Origin: Candidatus Gottesmanbacteria bacterium RIFCSPLOWO2_01_FULL_42_22
GTDB lineage: Bacteria; Patescibacteriota; Microgenomatia; 2-02-FULL-39-11
DNA length: 64,000 nucleotides
Assembly (NCBI GenBank): GCA_001779315.1
Contig: MFJU01000042.1
Span: 747-64,746, forward strand
Direction of reading: 5' to 3'
The position numbers were made by a program, and so were the translations under genes. A model generated the notes under the pieces. The model saw only the letters and a list, made by a program, of their open reading frames with translations, was not told the DNA's origin and ran no database searches. Shown one piece after another: positions 63,704 to 64,000 of this stretch (position 1 is its first letter; each line of letters starts with the position of its first letter).

Positions 63704-64000
63704 ATGCTGCTTAACAAATTGAGGGAGGATATGACCGCTGCCCTGAAAAAGGGTGACAAAACTACTCTTTCGGTATTGCGCTATGTTTTATCCGAATTAA
63801 ATTATTCGGCAATTGATAAAAGGGGGGAACTGACTGATGAAGAGATAATTAAGCTTTTATACAAAGAAATTAAAAAAAGGCAAGAAGCCATTCTTTTATA
63901 CCGCCAAGGCAAAAGGGAAGAACTGGCTGAAAAAGAATCAAAGGAAATTGATATCATTAAGCAATATTTACCCGCCCAAATTCCTGACAGGGAGATTATT
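63704..64000 (+). CDS. GatB/YqeY domain protein (partial, runs off window end)
   Basis: Typical YqeY N-terminus LSVLRYVLSELNY...IIKQY. Confidence 0.55.
   Translation, partial: MLLNKLREDMTAALKKGDKTTLSVLRYVLSELNYSAIDKRGELTDEEIIKLLYKEIKKRQEAILLYRQGKREELAEKESKEIDIIKQYLPAQIPDREII

Noticed and set aside
1-64000. CRISPR arrays, tRNA and rRNA genes
   Set aside because: No regularly spaced short direct repeats with unique spacers were seen. No cloverleaf-like or rRNA-like conserved stretches were recognised by eye. I cannot exclude small RNAs without a covariance search.

Overview
This is an AT-rich bacterial window densely packed with small genes; the gene content (many small proteins, a type IV pilus cluster, minimal metabolism) suggests a small-genome, possibly Patescibacteria/CPR-like organism, by inference only. 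The window splits into two parts.

**Part 1, positions ~1 to 16.8 kb (cassette-array-like accessory region).**
- Single genes or two-gene modules are separated by at least 12 copies or fragments of one conserved repeat about 120-190 bp long.
- The repeat is bipartite. The left module has 'CCCATCCCT/AGGGATGGG'-type inverted ends, an optional 20-bp perfect palindrome CCTGCCTGCCGGCAGGCAGG, and a terminator-like hairpin AAACCCGG...CGGGTTTATT.
- The junction core is CCTAGGGACGGGGAGCA.
- The right module is ATTTCTACGGATTTCTTCGGATTTT followed by an extended -10 promoter TGTTATAAT.
- The cargo is typical of cassette arrays: two BrnT/BrnA toxin-antitoxin pairs, a PIN/Phd pair, two HxlR regulators and one PadR regulator, a quinone reductase, cupin, DsrE-like, YciI-like and RibD-C-like proteins, a GT2 glycosyltransferase, a P-loop kinase and a MurB-like plus DAHP-synthase-family pair.
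- A paralogous secreted-domain family is present in three copies (one a relic).
- The repeat stops abruptly after ~16.5 kb, just before an RTX-like calcium-binding secreted protein.

**Part 2, positions ~17 to 64 kb (mostly core-like genes).**
- Single genes include an alpha/beta hydrolase, NUDIX hydrolase, GT2, L,D-transpeptidase and DEAD-box helicase.
- An ArsR (truncated) plus SRPBCC pair.
- A cell-envelope glycan cluster (GT2 paralog, acyltransferase-3, GT-C-like protein).
- An Rpf-like transglycosylase, thiamine pyrophosphokinase, UppP and DsbB.
- A two-component system.
- A minimal two-gene [NiFe]-hydrogenase with HypC and a maturation protease.
- A VKOR and DsbA pair.
- An operon encoding a wHTH protein and a 927-aa methyltransferase fusion.
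- A small toxin-antitoxin island.
- An SOS cassette (lexA, a small ORF and a Y-family polymerase) with a perfect Cheo-type LexA box.
- Flavodoxin and dtd (D-tyrosyl-tRNA deacylase), the latter flanked by 33-bp palindromic direct repeats.
- A type IV pilus locus (pilin, pseudopilins, a 641-aa minor pilin, PilC, PilB).

No rRNA, tRNA or CRISPR array was recognised.
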